NCBI GenBank assembly: GCA_964276515.1
Contig: OZ193910.1
Coordinates: 8,928,001 to 8,992,000 of the forward strand
Length of the DNA stretch: 64,000 bases
Direction of reading: 5' to 3'
Origin: Gordius albopunctatus
Lineage: Eukaryota
Position numbers and translations under genes: made by a program. A model generated the notes under the pieces. The model made no database searches, was not told the DNA's origin, and saw only the letters and a list, made by a program, of their open reading frames with translations. How positions within the stretch are numbered: the stretch's first letter is position 1; each line of letters opens with the position of its first letter. Shown here piece by piece: positions 12,938 through 26,900 of the stretch.

Positions 12938-15169
12938 GTAGTATGATGATGGAAATTCGGTTAAATGGTTGTGTTTATGAGTGTTCACATAAAGTTGTTG
13001 AAGGAAAAATAGACTTTATGAAGTGTGAAGTCATTAAAACAGTTCGCTAAAAGTCCTAAAAAAACTTATTATGATATAACTTTTAACTTTTTTTTATAAT
13101 TTATAAATAAAAACAGGTTAAATATATAATATTCGTCTATCACTTGTAATTATGAGTTTTTATTTGAATTGAGGCTAGAGACCTGCAAAATCTATTTTTC
13201 TAATTTAAAAAATTAGGAGCCTAATCACGGCCCGGTTTTTTTTTAAAATATAGGGCCTAACCTGGATTTTTAATGATTATAGAAATTTAAATTAACATTT
13301 TTCGTAACATTTATTTATTTATACTCAAATCGTCTATTTCAAAATTCATATACTGCACAACTCGATCATTAAAAATTGAAGTTTTAATATATAATTATTA
13401 CTATTATATATAATAATAATATTAAATATTGGAAATGCATATTAATTTATTAAAGTCGGGCCTTCGACCCTCGTGGTAAGGGGAAGGAGGGAACTCTTCT
13501 ATACTCTGTATAAAAGTAGCATATTTGCTATGCAATTTATGGGCGAGAAAGGTGGGAAGGGACGAGAATGCCTATAGGGGGGGGGTATTAAATGCAAAAT
13601 AATTGGACTGACGGGCATAGGGTAACCAATTTTAAAAAAACGAGAAAAAAATTTCGAATCACAAATTTGGCCATTGGTCGTTTTTTTCAAATAGTTAATA
13701 ATATAATAACATCTTCAAGATTTGCCATAGATTCTTGCCAAAGTTTAACGTTCAATACATCTTTGTTTATGACATTTTGAACCAAGGGTAGCAATTTAAA
13801 CCTAGGCTACACGAACGGAACAAATTTTTTTGGTAGCCTCATCGCCTTTATCTTTGTTAATAAGTAAAAAAAATTCGTCCCTTATTTTTGAAAAACCCCA
13901 CCCAAAATGGTGATCTAATTGACTTAATAAATATGCACTATGGAAGAAGGAATAATGAGAAACTTAAAGAATTATTTCTTCATAAGTTTAACGTTTAATT
14001 ATATAACAAAATGAAAAGGGATTAAATGTTAATATACGCCATAAACATGGCGTCCGGCAATTTGCGACCCGAGCTTATTTTTAAGCATTAATATAGTGAA
14101 TTAATATCATTTCTCAAATCTATAATGAAAAATATAATATTAATCAAATGTAACGTTTAAATGTATATATAGCTCGCACCCAGAAAATAAGCTTGGTTTG
14201 GCGCAAATATTTAATCATGCTTTCAAGCATGTAATGGCTGCAATATATATTTATTTTAACAATCATATTTTTTAGCTAGCAAAATTATTTATAATATTTA
14301 AAGGTAAATGTAATTAAATAATTCAACATAAATATTTGGTCGGATTAGTTATGTAACAGATGTTTGTTAAATACGATTGCCGTCCTTGACTCATCAAAAA
14401 CCCCGAGCCTTGCCGACAGCTTGTATATGGTCAGGCGGGCACCTCAAGAGTATTCGGACTTAATAGGCTTTTCTTTAATTTTTATTTATTTTATTTTGGC
14501 GTAATATTTGTTTTGGCTTTGATATTTAAGGGGGAAAAATATAGAGAATTTATTTAGTCGCTATTTGTGAATTTACAGTAAAAACTAAAAGTGCTAAATG
14601 AATTTAATATAAATAGCGTAAAAGGATTATATTTCTAGAAGATTCGAAATCTTAAATAAGTTTAAATTACAAATTATTTTATTGAAATTAAATTAATAAT
14701 TACCTTTTGTGAATTTAAAATGATGCGCGCTGTATTAATTGTTAATGATTAAGTTTGTAGATGGTGTATTGGAAATAAAGAAATGAGTATTTAAAAATTT
14801 ACAAAGTCATCCTCTCTATACGATTTATCCGTTTCCCTCAGAAAACCCATTAAATTCCAAGGTTGAGTAATTAAAGTAAGATTAAGTTATTGGGGGAAGG
14901 GGGTACTCGAGAGTTTTTTCGATCTATTTTTATTTCAGTGTAGCTATTGGGGAAAGCGGGTTCTCGAGAGTATGTTTTTGGGGGGCATTAATTTGGGTTA
15001 ATAAATAACCTATCAAAATTAATTTAGCGATAACAAATATTATTTTTTTAATTTGAAAAGGTGCCTAACATTGAGAAATATGTATTTATTAAATTACTAT
15101 TAAATAAAAAATAGGTAAAATAGCTGATATAAGATGTTACTCGGACTATGATATTTGCTTGAGCAGCGA

Positions 15170-15520
15170 GAAAGGTGTCATTCCAAATAGTTAAAGATTT
15201 TTTAAAGGGAACTTCCCATTTGGCGATAAAGTAAAAAACGTTTAGTAAGAACATTCTGTTTAAACTATTAGGTACGGATGCAGATAAAACACGGTCAATT
15301 AAGCTGTTTGGTCAAGAACCCATGTATTTATGATATTTCTAGCTGTCTCGACATTTTCCTCTTCGAAATTGAGGGATTCAGTTTGTGCAGCATAATGCTT
15401 CTCTAAATCTTTAACGAATTTTGGGTGAACCGTAAATTTTTTGTCTAAAAACATTTTGGTGACCCAAGCAATTGTATTAAATGCTTCGTAATCTTTCAAA
15501 TCCTTAAAATCTTGATGCAT
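15170..15520 (-). pseudogene. Serpin fragment, frameshifted
   Basis: KMFLDKKFTVHPKFVKDLEKHYAAQTESLNF...ARNIINTWVLDQT, then after a frameshift LLNVFYFIAKWEVPF. These match the serpin signatures IN.WV...T and N.IYFKG.W..PF. Confidence 0.8.
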
Positions 15521-15589
15521 CTCTGAGGGGGGGGGGAATGTCGACGTTTCAGATCATTACAACGGTCTATAAATACATACGAGTAAAAA

Positions 15590-16480
15590 AAAAGAAAATT
15601 GGCCAATAGTCATTTTTTTCCATTGGTCAGTACCCAGAGATGGTCTATAAATACATACGAGTCAAAAAAAAACAAAAAAAATTCGATTCACATTTTGGTC
15701 AATGGTCATTTTTTTCCATTGGTCAAACAGATACTCTATAAGTCAATGATAGCCAAAAAAAAACGGAAAAAAAATTTTTGATGCTCACTTTGGCCAATGG
15801 TCTTTTTTTCCATCGGTCAGCAGCCAGCGGACGGCCAAAAAGTCATAATAGCAATGGTAGTAACAGGAACAATCATAAAAATTGCATAGCAATTAATATA
15901 TATATATATATATACCAATTCAAAAACGGAAAAAATAATTTCGAACAAAATTTGGCCAATGGTCATTTTTTTCAATGGTCAGTAGCCATAAAACGGTCAG
16001 AAAGTCATATTATCAATGGTATTAACAATAACAATATATTAATTTAATTTTAAGAAAAATAAAAAATTTTGTCCTCTCCGGGTCTCGAACCATCAATTTA
16101 GAACGTTCGCCAGGATTCAAACCCACATTAAATAGAGGCATAAGCCTTTGGAGGGGAACAGGGAACCATATCAATAGAGGCATAGGCCCTTGTAGGGGAG
16201 GGCATAGGGTAATTATCAATGTTACCCAATTCAAAAACGAAAAATTTGGATTTATTTGGCCAGTGGTCATTTTTTCATTGGTCAGTAGCCTGCGGACGGT
16301 CAAAAAGTCATATTATCAATGGTATTAACAAGAACAAAATATTAATTTAATTAAAAAATAATAAAAATTTTTGTCCTCTCCGGGTCTCGATCCCCAACCT
16401 GCAAGTCGGGAAGCTGGTGTAAATAACTTGGTGGACGACGGACAACAAAAAACGAGCCCATAAATTGCATAGCAATTAAT
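15590..16480. repeat. Dispersed repeat with internal tandem TTGGCCAATGGTCATTTTTTTCCATTGGTCAG motifs
   Basis: About 5-6 motif copies and a duplicated block (16020-16090 / 16320-16390). Related sequence at 13610-13690. The end motif GCCCATAAATTGCATAGCAATTAA recurs elsewhere in the window. Confidence 0.7.
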
Positions 16481-18118
16481 AAAGCATTTAATTTAAACTA
16501 TGAAAGAAAATATATTTGCAGCAATAAAAGATTTAAGCTTCATATATTATATGCTTAATATAAATTTTTGCAACCTTGTAAAGCGTTTATAACATGAATG
16601 ACACTAAAGCATTAAAAATTCAACACTACCCGAAAGCATTTTAAAATTTTCAACCCGAAGGTATTTTAAGATTTTCAACTCGAACCGACCCGATATCGGG
16701 TCGGGTTTCGGGTCACCCGTGCAGGTTTATCAACGGATGAGCTGATCAAACAAATTACTCACACCCAAGACCCACACCTCGACAGCACCCTTCAGGTGTG
16801 GGAAGACCTCAAACTTCATTCCGCGTTAAATCTACTAACTTGTGGAGAGAGAGCGTAAAATATATGAAGTTTAGGGTAGTTATTCCGGCTCATCGCAATT
16901 TAGAAAGCTCCCCTCCTCAAGTCTTGGCTTGGCTCCACACCCAGGAACCCGCTGGCCTAGAACGACTCCTGAACCGGAATCCATTTCAGCTTGGGTCCCT
17001 TTAAATCAGGAACGACCCTTACTTCAATCCCTACCTCATGCCCGGGTTGAACAGTGAGCTATTTAAATGCCATCGCCTGTGTTGTATATAAATATTAATT
17101 GCTATGCATTTTATGGGCTTGCTTTTGGTTGTCCGTCCGTTGTCCAACTTGTAATTTGGGCATAATTTCCGTGGAGATTTTTAATGGCTGTGGACTTATG
17201 CTTCTGTAACAGACTTTTGTTTCGCTTTTGCAAATAGACTAGCTTGTGACCGCTGGTTGGCTTTAATTTTTTCGACCTCGCCCGAGCCCAATATCCTTTA
17301 TTGTTGTTGTGCTTGACTGATTACCTTTATACATAAATTTCCTTGGGCTCTATAATATATAAATCTGTACCTATGCTTAAACCAAATTAATGATATAATG
17401 TTTCAGTATTATGGTGTTTTTCTTATAAGAGGCGTGGGGGGTTAGTGGTATAGGCTTTGTCTTTAAACAGTGGCTCGCGATTCAAACCCGCTCATGATTT
17501 TGATTTAACGATAGTAAACTATCACCAATGACTTGAAAAGCCAATAACAGCCTGGTTAAAACTTGCTTTAAAGTGGCTTAAGGAAGGGGCATTTAGCTAG
17601 AAAGAAACTTGCATCAAAGTTAACCCCAGGCTCTTAAATTTGTTCATTTTATTATTTTCTGACATTTGGAATGGCCCAAGCATTAGCACCGCGGGAAAGA
17701 CTCGACTTTTCAATAGTCAGCCCACCAGGAATTTTCATATAATTACTTAAATAGTATTCGTACCTTTCATTTTTTCATATACTTAATAGCATTAGACCTT
17801 TTAAAACTCTAATTTTTAATTTGCGACATGACGTTAAATGCCAAGTCTTTATCTAAAATGACAAAATCAAATTCTAACCCTAAACCTAATTTCATGACTT
17901 TAAAGATATGTGTGCAGAAGTTAATAGACGGACATTTTAGATCCTTTTTGCAAAAACTGCATATGAACTCTTCTGAATTAATTCTAACTTTTTAAAACAT
18001 TTGACACGACATAGTTTTTAATGAGGCGTATGCTTACAAAATTTATAAATATCAGTTTCATTTATAAGAGGGCGAAAAATTTCCATATAAAATTTTTCCA
18101 TAACTTTATTTCTCGCAG

Positions 18119-18306
18119 GGACACCCGGAGAAGAACCGTCTAAAACATCTGAAAGTCAAGTTATAGTGGACCCTGGGAAAAGGAGAATCATATTAAAACG
18201 CCTCGAACCACAAACCCTGTACGAAATATACCTAGTAGCCTACAACGCATTTTCTGCCAGTCCCAATTCCATCCCTATAAAACTGGCTATGCCACCCGCC
18301 TTGATG
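18119..18306 (+). CDS. Isolated exon encoding the C-terminal half of a fibronectin type III domain
   Basis: TTTCTCGCAG acceptor (phase 1), then an open frame ..KRRIILKRLEPQTLYEIYLVAYNAFSASPNS, which fits the FN3 pattern L.P.T.Y.I.V.A.N...S..S. GT donor at 18307. Confidence 0.65.
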
Positions 18307-19518
18307 GTAGCGAATCAAAACTTATTTCTGTGTATAGCGCGGACATTTAACATTTCACTATAATTACATGATATCGGAATGTTTTCCAAATATTCATAAT
18401 TCTTAACTTTACTTATTTCTTTCATCTTCACAAAATATGTATGTTTTTAAAATAGCAAAAGATTAGAATACCTATAAAATTGCAACATACATATGCTAAA
18501 TATAAATCTCTAATATCAGCTTTACAGCGATTTTTTCCTGCAATTAGGTTTTAATAAACGATTTCAATTAAAATATAACATTTAAGTTATGAGTTGTAAT
18601 GTGCCATTTTATCAGTAATATAAATTCATTTTTATAAAATTTTAAAGTGAAAAGAACACGCCCGTGAAAAGTGTTGGTGTATCGAATGAGACTGTTACTC
18701 GTCCGGTCAACTATACGCCTTATATGAGCACTAAAGATGCCCGTCGTTTTAGGTAAATTGATCATCTCTAGTTCAAGCGAAATCTTAAATTGGTATGGTT
18801 CAATAATAATTATGCATGGTTCTGGCAAAAGGGTTGGATTTCTATTGTTTGATACATCGATTTCTTTTTTTAACGGTAACAACATAAAATTTATCACTTA
18901 AACTTGAAATAAATAAAATTTCTTTCTAATTCGATTTTTTCATTCTTGGATTAGGCATGTGCTGCGGAAAATGGAAACTTTTTACGATTTGAAACATTAA
19001 ATCAAAGCATGGGCGTACGCAGGTTTTGAATTAGGGGGGTCAGATTAAAAAAACATTTTCTCGACTATCCAAAAATTTTCATAAGATTATAAGATGGTCG
19101 TGTCTCCTCCTGCGTGGCTAAATAAATTAAAAAATCTAATTTTGTCATTTTTTGCGCGTTAAATAAGGAGAAAAATGAAAATACTTTTAGCAAAGTGCCA
19201 ATAAATGTGGATATATCTCGTTCTTCGGACATTATTAAGTTCAGAATTAAAAGTTTTATTCAGAAACAATTAATTATAATTATGATATTGTTTCTTAATT
19301 ACAAAAGAATATAAAAAAAATTGCTTGAAGGGCCAGGGGGCCAAAAATTTTTCCCTTGGGGGGCATGGGACCAGGTTTTCTCTCTTGGGTGGGCCTGGGC
19401 CTTGGACCCTCTTTAACTATTTGTTTAAAAATTATCAAACTTTATTTTTACTTCAATAACTGCTTTATCATCATATATGCCCTAAAATTCCAACATAATT
19501 TAATACACCCGTTTTTAG

Positions 19519-19894
19519 GTATCAACCAAGTTTAGATTTGATCAAAAGCGTTGAAAAGAATAAAATTATATGGTGTGAAGGTATGATAAACTTTTAAAAT
19601 GAATGACATCATGTTTGTGGAAAAGGTTTTTGATGAAACTCTCACCACAAGCACCTTGGATGATATAGATAAAGAAAATAGAGCTTGTAAAAGAAGAATC
19701 CTGTTTGTTGATCAACTTAATAGACTGATTGATATAGAAGAGGCTAAATGCTCAAAAGAAGATGATCCAAATTTATTATTTTTTAAATCTCTTGCCAGAT
19801 TTACAATCTCTTGATGTAATGGCAAAACAACAATGTAAAGAATTTATCATGACAATTGTGTTTTGCTATAAAAACAATATACCCCTCACAATGT
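19519..19894 (+). pseudogene. MADF/BESS-like protein remnant
   Basis: LIKSVEKNKIIW resembles a MADF start. EDDPNLLFFKSL-(frameshift)-PDLQSLDVMAKQQCKEFIM is BESS-like. Such genes are often the second gene of Harbinger elements. Confidence 0.5.
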
Positions 19895-20955
19895 AATTAT
19901 ATATATTACCCGACCCGAGGCCCGAGCCCGAATTGAATTAAAGCAAATAATCTTTTATAAAATATGATTTAAACAAACTCGATATTAAATAATTTTCTTC
20001 CTACACCATATAATATTGCTTCCAAACTTGAGCTTTTTCCCCTGTCTATTATAATTTAACTGACCTGAATATAAATAGTATATATTCATGGTTGCTGTTA
20101 GAACTTAAGAAATAAGAAAGGTACATATTTTAAAAAAAGTTTTAATATGGAACTGTTAAATAAATAATTAATATATTTTTTTAAGTTATGTTTTTAGTTT
20201 TAAAACTAAATAAATTGTACTTATCCTAGTTGTAATTTACGAGTAATAACTATTTATTGCATTTTATATTTAGGTGGTGAAATCATTTTCAAAATAAAAT
20301 TTTTCAAAAGTTAAAATTCGAAAAATCGGGTCGGGCCAAAAAGAAAAGTCTTTCGGTCTCGGGCAAAATAAAAATGAATAAGTCGGGCTCGGGCCGGGCT
20401 CGGACAGAATAAATTTCATTTTGCAGGGCTCTAGCCATGGGGTCATAATTAAGATGGGTACAAACAAGTCAATGCATGTAGAATCCTATTTTAAAAGGAG
20501 ACCGTTTTCCCATAGGAATAGTGAGGAACCGTCCGGATGCACTATTTTAAGGATTGACTGGATATTGGTATTATTCATTTAAGAGTGTCGCAAGTGTATA
20601 AATTTATTCAGCTTGCAGTGTGACGGTTGGGGTGCTTTGTCGGTAAAAAATGAGTTACATGTGGCGATGCTATAATCAACAACGCCCGCCCTTTAGTAAT
20701 TTTACATAAGATTTATACTATAGGAAAATGTTATTAGTAAAATAGGGAGGCGATTCTTAGGATTAACTATGGTGAACTTGTGCTTACTTCTTTCACTAAC
20801 GTGGATTTTAAAAGGCTATCGGTTAATATTACGATTAAGTAGTTAAGGCCGAGATTATCAACAACGATATTAAAAAAATACATTATTTTATATTGTATTT
20901 TTGACATCAAATAATTAAATTAATGATGGAAGCAATGATTTGCAATAAATAAATT

Positions 20956-23900
20956 TCATAAAACGCAATCCAACACATTTTCCAATAATTCCATCTTTAG
21001 ATCAAAAGCCATTGTCTTAATTTTTGATAATATTAAAGAAAGTTCCGTTTGTGAGTCAATAAAAGTGAAAACACCGCCACACAGGCAACGATCCGCTATA
21101 TTTGTTTCTTTGACCTAAAAAATAAATGATTTCAAGTATTCTTCAAAATCATGCCATTAAAATAAACCTGATGACAATTTTGGCAAATTAAATCTTGTAA
21201 ACATCTTCGGAGTAATTTTCCTTTAACTAAGGTTATTAATAATGTTTCAATATAGTCCTTTTTGAAGAGGTAACCACAATTGGAACACTTACAAACTAAT
21301 CTGGATATTTAAGAATATATGATATTTAGATATATATGATGGCATGATTAAAAATTATAATGAAAGTAAAATTGTTTGACATAAAGTTATAATACTTTGT
21401 ATTGTGTCCGTTATAGGTGTCAAATATTTCTAAGTTATTACTAAAATAACAATGTTCACAAATCACCTAAACGTTATATATAAAATATGCACTGTTTAAA
21501 TTAACCTCTTTTAGTTTAAATTCCATGAGTCCATTAACGTATAAAGCGTCATCAGAAAATTGTCCGATATTTAAAATAGTTAATAAATGAGATTTGAGTG
21601 TGGCAACTTGTGAAATTATGTTTGAATCAAGATTTAGTATCTATAAATTATAAATGATTTTTAATGTTAAAGTACGTGGCAAATAGATAATGCAAGGTGT
21701 AAAGCAGTGTTGGAATGGTAATGTTCGTTCGCTTTTGATTTAGATGTTGATTCCAAATCATGGACTTTTTGAATTATTCTGTGTTAAAATAAATATCAAA
21801 ACATAATATAATGTTTACAAAACCATTTTTAAAGTTTTATATTAAAAAACTCATAAGACTTGTTAATAAAAAAACTTGGTATTAAACTAAACCCTTAGCT
21901 TTTAAAACAATTTTATTTTTTATTTTTTTTGTTGTTAAAATCTTAAGGATTTTTTATACACTTAATACTTTAACGAAACATTTTCCTCGTGTTTTAAATT
22001 TTTTTATTAATTTAAAATATCCATTATTTTATTATACATTGAATATTTAACCCGTGTTGTGTATTTCTTTGTATAAAATCGGTGGGTTTCATCCCTTATT
22101 TTAACTTTCAAATTATATGATTTAAAAGATTAAATATGTAAAAATTAAGGTGATGAATAATGAAAAGTTATTTATAGATGAATGAAACAAACTCAAATTA
22201 ATAAAATTCGGGTTTTTATTACTCGAACATTTTTGCCGCAATGTCATTGGAAATCAGATTTTGACAAAAGGTCAGAAGTTCAGGACTCACATCGGTCATA
22301 TCTTTATGGTATTCAGTGATATTATTATCATAAGAACACAATAATTTGTCCGTATTTCTATTTTGCATTAAATAACTATGGACCGATTTAATATAAGAAG
22401 CGATTATCACCTAAACTTTTTATAATCAATTAAAATTGGGGTGCTTACATGAAAATATCGACGACAATTTCCATCGGTAGGAATAGATTTGGCGAATCTC
22501 CATTCCATTATTAGATTTTCTTGAGTTACTTCATGAGAAATAGCATTATTAAATTCTTTGAATAAGACTTCTAAAAATGGTTGATGATTTTGGAAAACTG
22601 ACGAGGTTAATTTTGCCTTAACATTTTTAAAAGACACATTAAGCTGTATTTACTTTGATACCACCATAATTGCAAGGTCCATACCACAAAAGTATATTCC
22701 AAACGTTTACAACAGAAAAATTAATTCCGTGAAACATTTTATGAGATTCAAAGAGATTGATTATATATGAAATGTAAGACAACGATTGACACACGTCACT
22801 TTTATTTGTGCAGATGATTAATTTGTTAGAATCAGCGTATATTATTTTCGTGCCATAATTCATTAACTCTGCAATCAGCTAAAAGGTTTTAAATAAATAA
22901 ATTCATTACCATATTTTCAATATAAGTTTAATAACCACATAGAAGATTTATATTAATAAAAATGCAAATATCTAAATCAAGTTTATTCAATAAATATTAA
23001 AAACTTTAACTTTAAAATTATAGCAGCCTATGGCAACTTAAGAATTTAAGAATACACTAGTTAAAACCTGATGATATTAGGCTATTTAATGAAAATTAAA
23101 TAATATGACAGTATATTTATAAATTTTAAAAATTCATTACCAAATTGAATGTCTTATTTATTAGCCTTTGAACCGCAATTTTCATACAAGAATCATAGAG
23201 AATGGACGAAGGGCTGATTAACCAACGGTAAAAATTAATTAGCTGATTATCGGCACACAAACTATCCTCGCCAGCCAAATCTTTTATCCAATCGTGGATT
23301 ATGGATTTCAAAAGTCTAAAAACTATAAGCATCATTACACATGGCTATACTTGAAAGTTTCAGAATTTATAACTAATTCATCATAGAATATGCCGGTTGT
23401 CAATGACGATTTGTTATAGGGTTTATTAGACGATTCATCAATATGAGCATTGAATCCTAAACCGGCGCATGTGCCTTCAGCGTTTAGTATTTGATGATAT
23501 TGTAGTAATGCTGTAATACATATCCCCTTAAGCTCAATTTCAACGCATATATTTGTATAAAACCCGGAATTATTAATTTCACTTGATTTACTATCAGACA
23601 AAGTAGTGTCAACTTCGTAAATGCATGACCTAATCAAGAAAGTAAAATCAAACAATTTCAATATAAATTCATTAGATGCAAAGGTAAGAAATTACAGATA
23701 ATCGTCATTTTCTTTTCCCCCAAAATCTGATTTGTCCAATGGTGATGCCCATAGTAAATGACCATATTTCTCCAATTTTCTTCCGTATATTAAATCACAA
23801 CCCAAAAGAAAGGGATCAGGGTAAAGATTACCGATCGGAGCATCTATATATCGCGCATGTTCTAACAGACACTAATTGTAAATCCAAAAATACGAAATTT

Positions 23901-26900
23901 TCAACAATATAAATTATAAATGATAACAAATTATTTAATTTTTATTTCAAAAAACTGGCGATCATATTTCATCTCTAACTCACGTCTAATTTCTGAGTAC
24001 TTTTCAGGTATTGTTCGCACATATGCGTAAATAAGAAAATTTCGACATCATCTGAACAAAAGGGCTGAAGGTCCAAAGTGATTCTCACATACGGAAATGG
24101 GATGCTTTCAATAAATTTTGTTTTCTCAGAGGTAGTATCGCTGATCTGTAGAGCAACAAGTATATTGGAGTTTTCACTATCTTTTAACTCTTGCATTATA
24201 GTAATAATAGATCGACGAATTTTTTCGAAACCTCCAGTTGTAATTTTCATACCGTCCCTTTTCACACTTGCACTTTTACTGCCATTCGGAACTACGTATA
24301 ATATTTCAAATTTATGATCAGGAAGGGGGATAACATCCGTTTCCCCCGAAACTTCTGCATTTAGTTTCTCTTCATTTTGTAATAAAGCCTATAAAACAGC
24401 TTGTTAATATGTATATGATGCAACCAGCAATTAATCTCACATTATTGTAATCAAAGATCTGCACGAGGTGGCATAGATGGGCTATGAACAATAAAAATTA
24501 GAAAGGACCGGGCTCGGACGGGTAGGACAATGTCAAAAATGGGCCAAGAGGGGCCCTAAAATTTATGATTAAAGTTTTAAGGCATAGCTCAAAAGAACGC
24601 ATATTATTTAAAACATATAGTTTTGTAATATTTAACATTATGTCAATCGCCTTCAATATCGTGTAACTCGTTTTGATCCATTTCTTACATCTCGTTCGAG
24701 AAGGGATCATACCGGGGTTATCACTATAATAACTCTATTTTGACGTACTCGAGGTCGTCCTCATTTTCCCTTCCCTGGCACCTCCATTTCCAATGCTTTT
24801 TGTCATATCATTCGCACCCTTTTCTCATGCATGATATGCCCATACCACCTTCCATGGGCGTACCCAGGGGAGGCCCCCCTAATTTACAAGGAAAAAAATT
24901 TTCAATGCAAAAACATTGAAAAATTAAAAAAATTATGTTTTTCTCTCTCTAAATAAACTTTTAAACGTTTTGTCCCCCCCCCTAATTCAAAACCTGGGTA
25001 CGCCCATCCCACCTTCGACCATAAATTGAATGCCGATTTTACCCCGAGGCAGTCATTTATCAAAGATATCAACTTTGCATACCTTACTAATCTCCAGCTT
25101 ACCTTCACATTTTCGTGGCATTTTATGCCAATGTTTTACTTCCTTGTAATAAGAATGGTCTTACAACAGATTTGTTAGCTTTGTTCTTCAATCATATTGA
25201 CATCTTCATGTGGCACATCGCACCGGATATACTTTGTCATTTAAGCAATACGTTTCGGAACAGGGCATTGAATTACTTTCCTTGGGAAACTTCCCTCTTA
25301 AAATAGCATCGCGAAGTATGGAAATCTCTCTACTAAGTACTTCAATTAGGTGTCGTTCATTTCCATATATTCGATTGTTAACTCATAACCAGCTCACTTT
25401 TTAGTGTTATAACATAGGCATAGGAGATGGCTTTTGAATGTATCTCATTATCGTGTCCATAATTATATTGAATAGAAAGGAGCTTAGAACAGTCCTTGAA
25501 GTAGGCCATTTTCAACCCGTTTAGACTCCAAAATAATATTTAAAGCAAAATTTATGGCTTCAAGAGGGATGTTTTGTTCTTTCAACCACCATCTTATCAG
25601 TCTCGGGGCAGTGTGTCATAAGCTTTCTTTCTTCAATTCAATTAAGACCATATATAAACTTCTACAATTTATACCCTTGACCCTTAAATCTCATGGAAAT
25701 AATCTTAGTAATAAGGCTGAACAAGAAAATGGACATATTGGCTAGCCAATTTGGATTTGTAAATTTACAATCGACCCGATCTTCGCACCAAGACAAATCA
25801 TGGATAATTAAAGAAAAAAGGTATGAAACCTAGATATGGTCTTTACGACATGGAGAAAGCATATGACACGGCCGGCCCCTCGCGATTCATTTTGGCTGTG
25901 CTTGGGAAAGCAAAATGTCCCTGATGCATATGTACGGCGTATGAAAAATATTAATGAAGCCTTAAATTCTTGCTTTAGAATGACAGTTGGGGATTACAAA
26001 CCTTTTCGGATTAAAATTAACTTAAATCGAGGAATTGCTCAAGTCCTCTGTTTATTTAATATAATTATGGACTTAATAACGAGAGACATTTATACGCCAC
26101 CACTTTGGTGTATGTTATATGCTGACGATATAGTGCTAAGGGAAGAAACAAAGAAAAGTGATCAAATCACTTAGTTAAAAATGCAGCTGAACGTTACAGG
26201 CACCTCATTGCTCTGGGCTGGCTTCATCTTATTAAGGGGTACGGACTAGGCCTATAGTGAGCAAAACTGTTTCCAAAAAGGCTATGGACGTTTGCAAGTT
26301 TGAGGGGGGAGGAGAGAAATGGTCATGGGCGGGCGTCCTAAAAACCACCCGTTGCAGATCTCTGAACGATAATATCTAAGTGAAAGCTTATTTTCAAATT
26401 AAATTAAATTTTCTAAATTAGCACGTCATGAGTGACAAAATGATACTTACCATTCTCTCACGATTATATATATTCGAGGATTGAGCGATACTTAATTGAC
26501 CTACTGTTTGCGCTAAATAGTAAACGTAAACAATTTTCTTTGTTGGCAATGCCAAACTCCATAATTCAACTTTACTCTGGGTGCAATGATACAAGTAAAC
26601 ATAATTTATGCTGCCTGGACTCAAATATGAGCTTCGCAGTTTGGATATTAAAGGCTTTTTAACATTCATTGTGTTAAAATCCATTTGAATGTAATCTTTT
26701 CCCGGATCTATATGTACCAGAAATAATGTTAATTAAGGAAGTTACAACATATTTAAAGATTATCAAAAACAAATTATAAAAGTTTATGTATACCTTTTGC
26801 TGATTTCATTCCCAAATCCCAAACACAACCGTAATCTAAACAGAGACGATACTCCAAAGGCAACAAAGTCTCGTATATTCCTTCGACATTAGGAGACACA

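Noticed and set aside
14370..14402. Second hammerhead-like motif on the minus strand (TTGATGA GTC AAG GAC GGCA)
   Set aside because: Both core boxes are mutated and there is no convincing stem I; at most a decayed relic.
17431..17497. tRNA gene
   Set aside because: A-box-like and B-box-like words are present, but no cloverleaf or acceptor stem forms; more likely a decayed SINE head.
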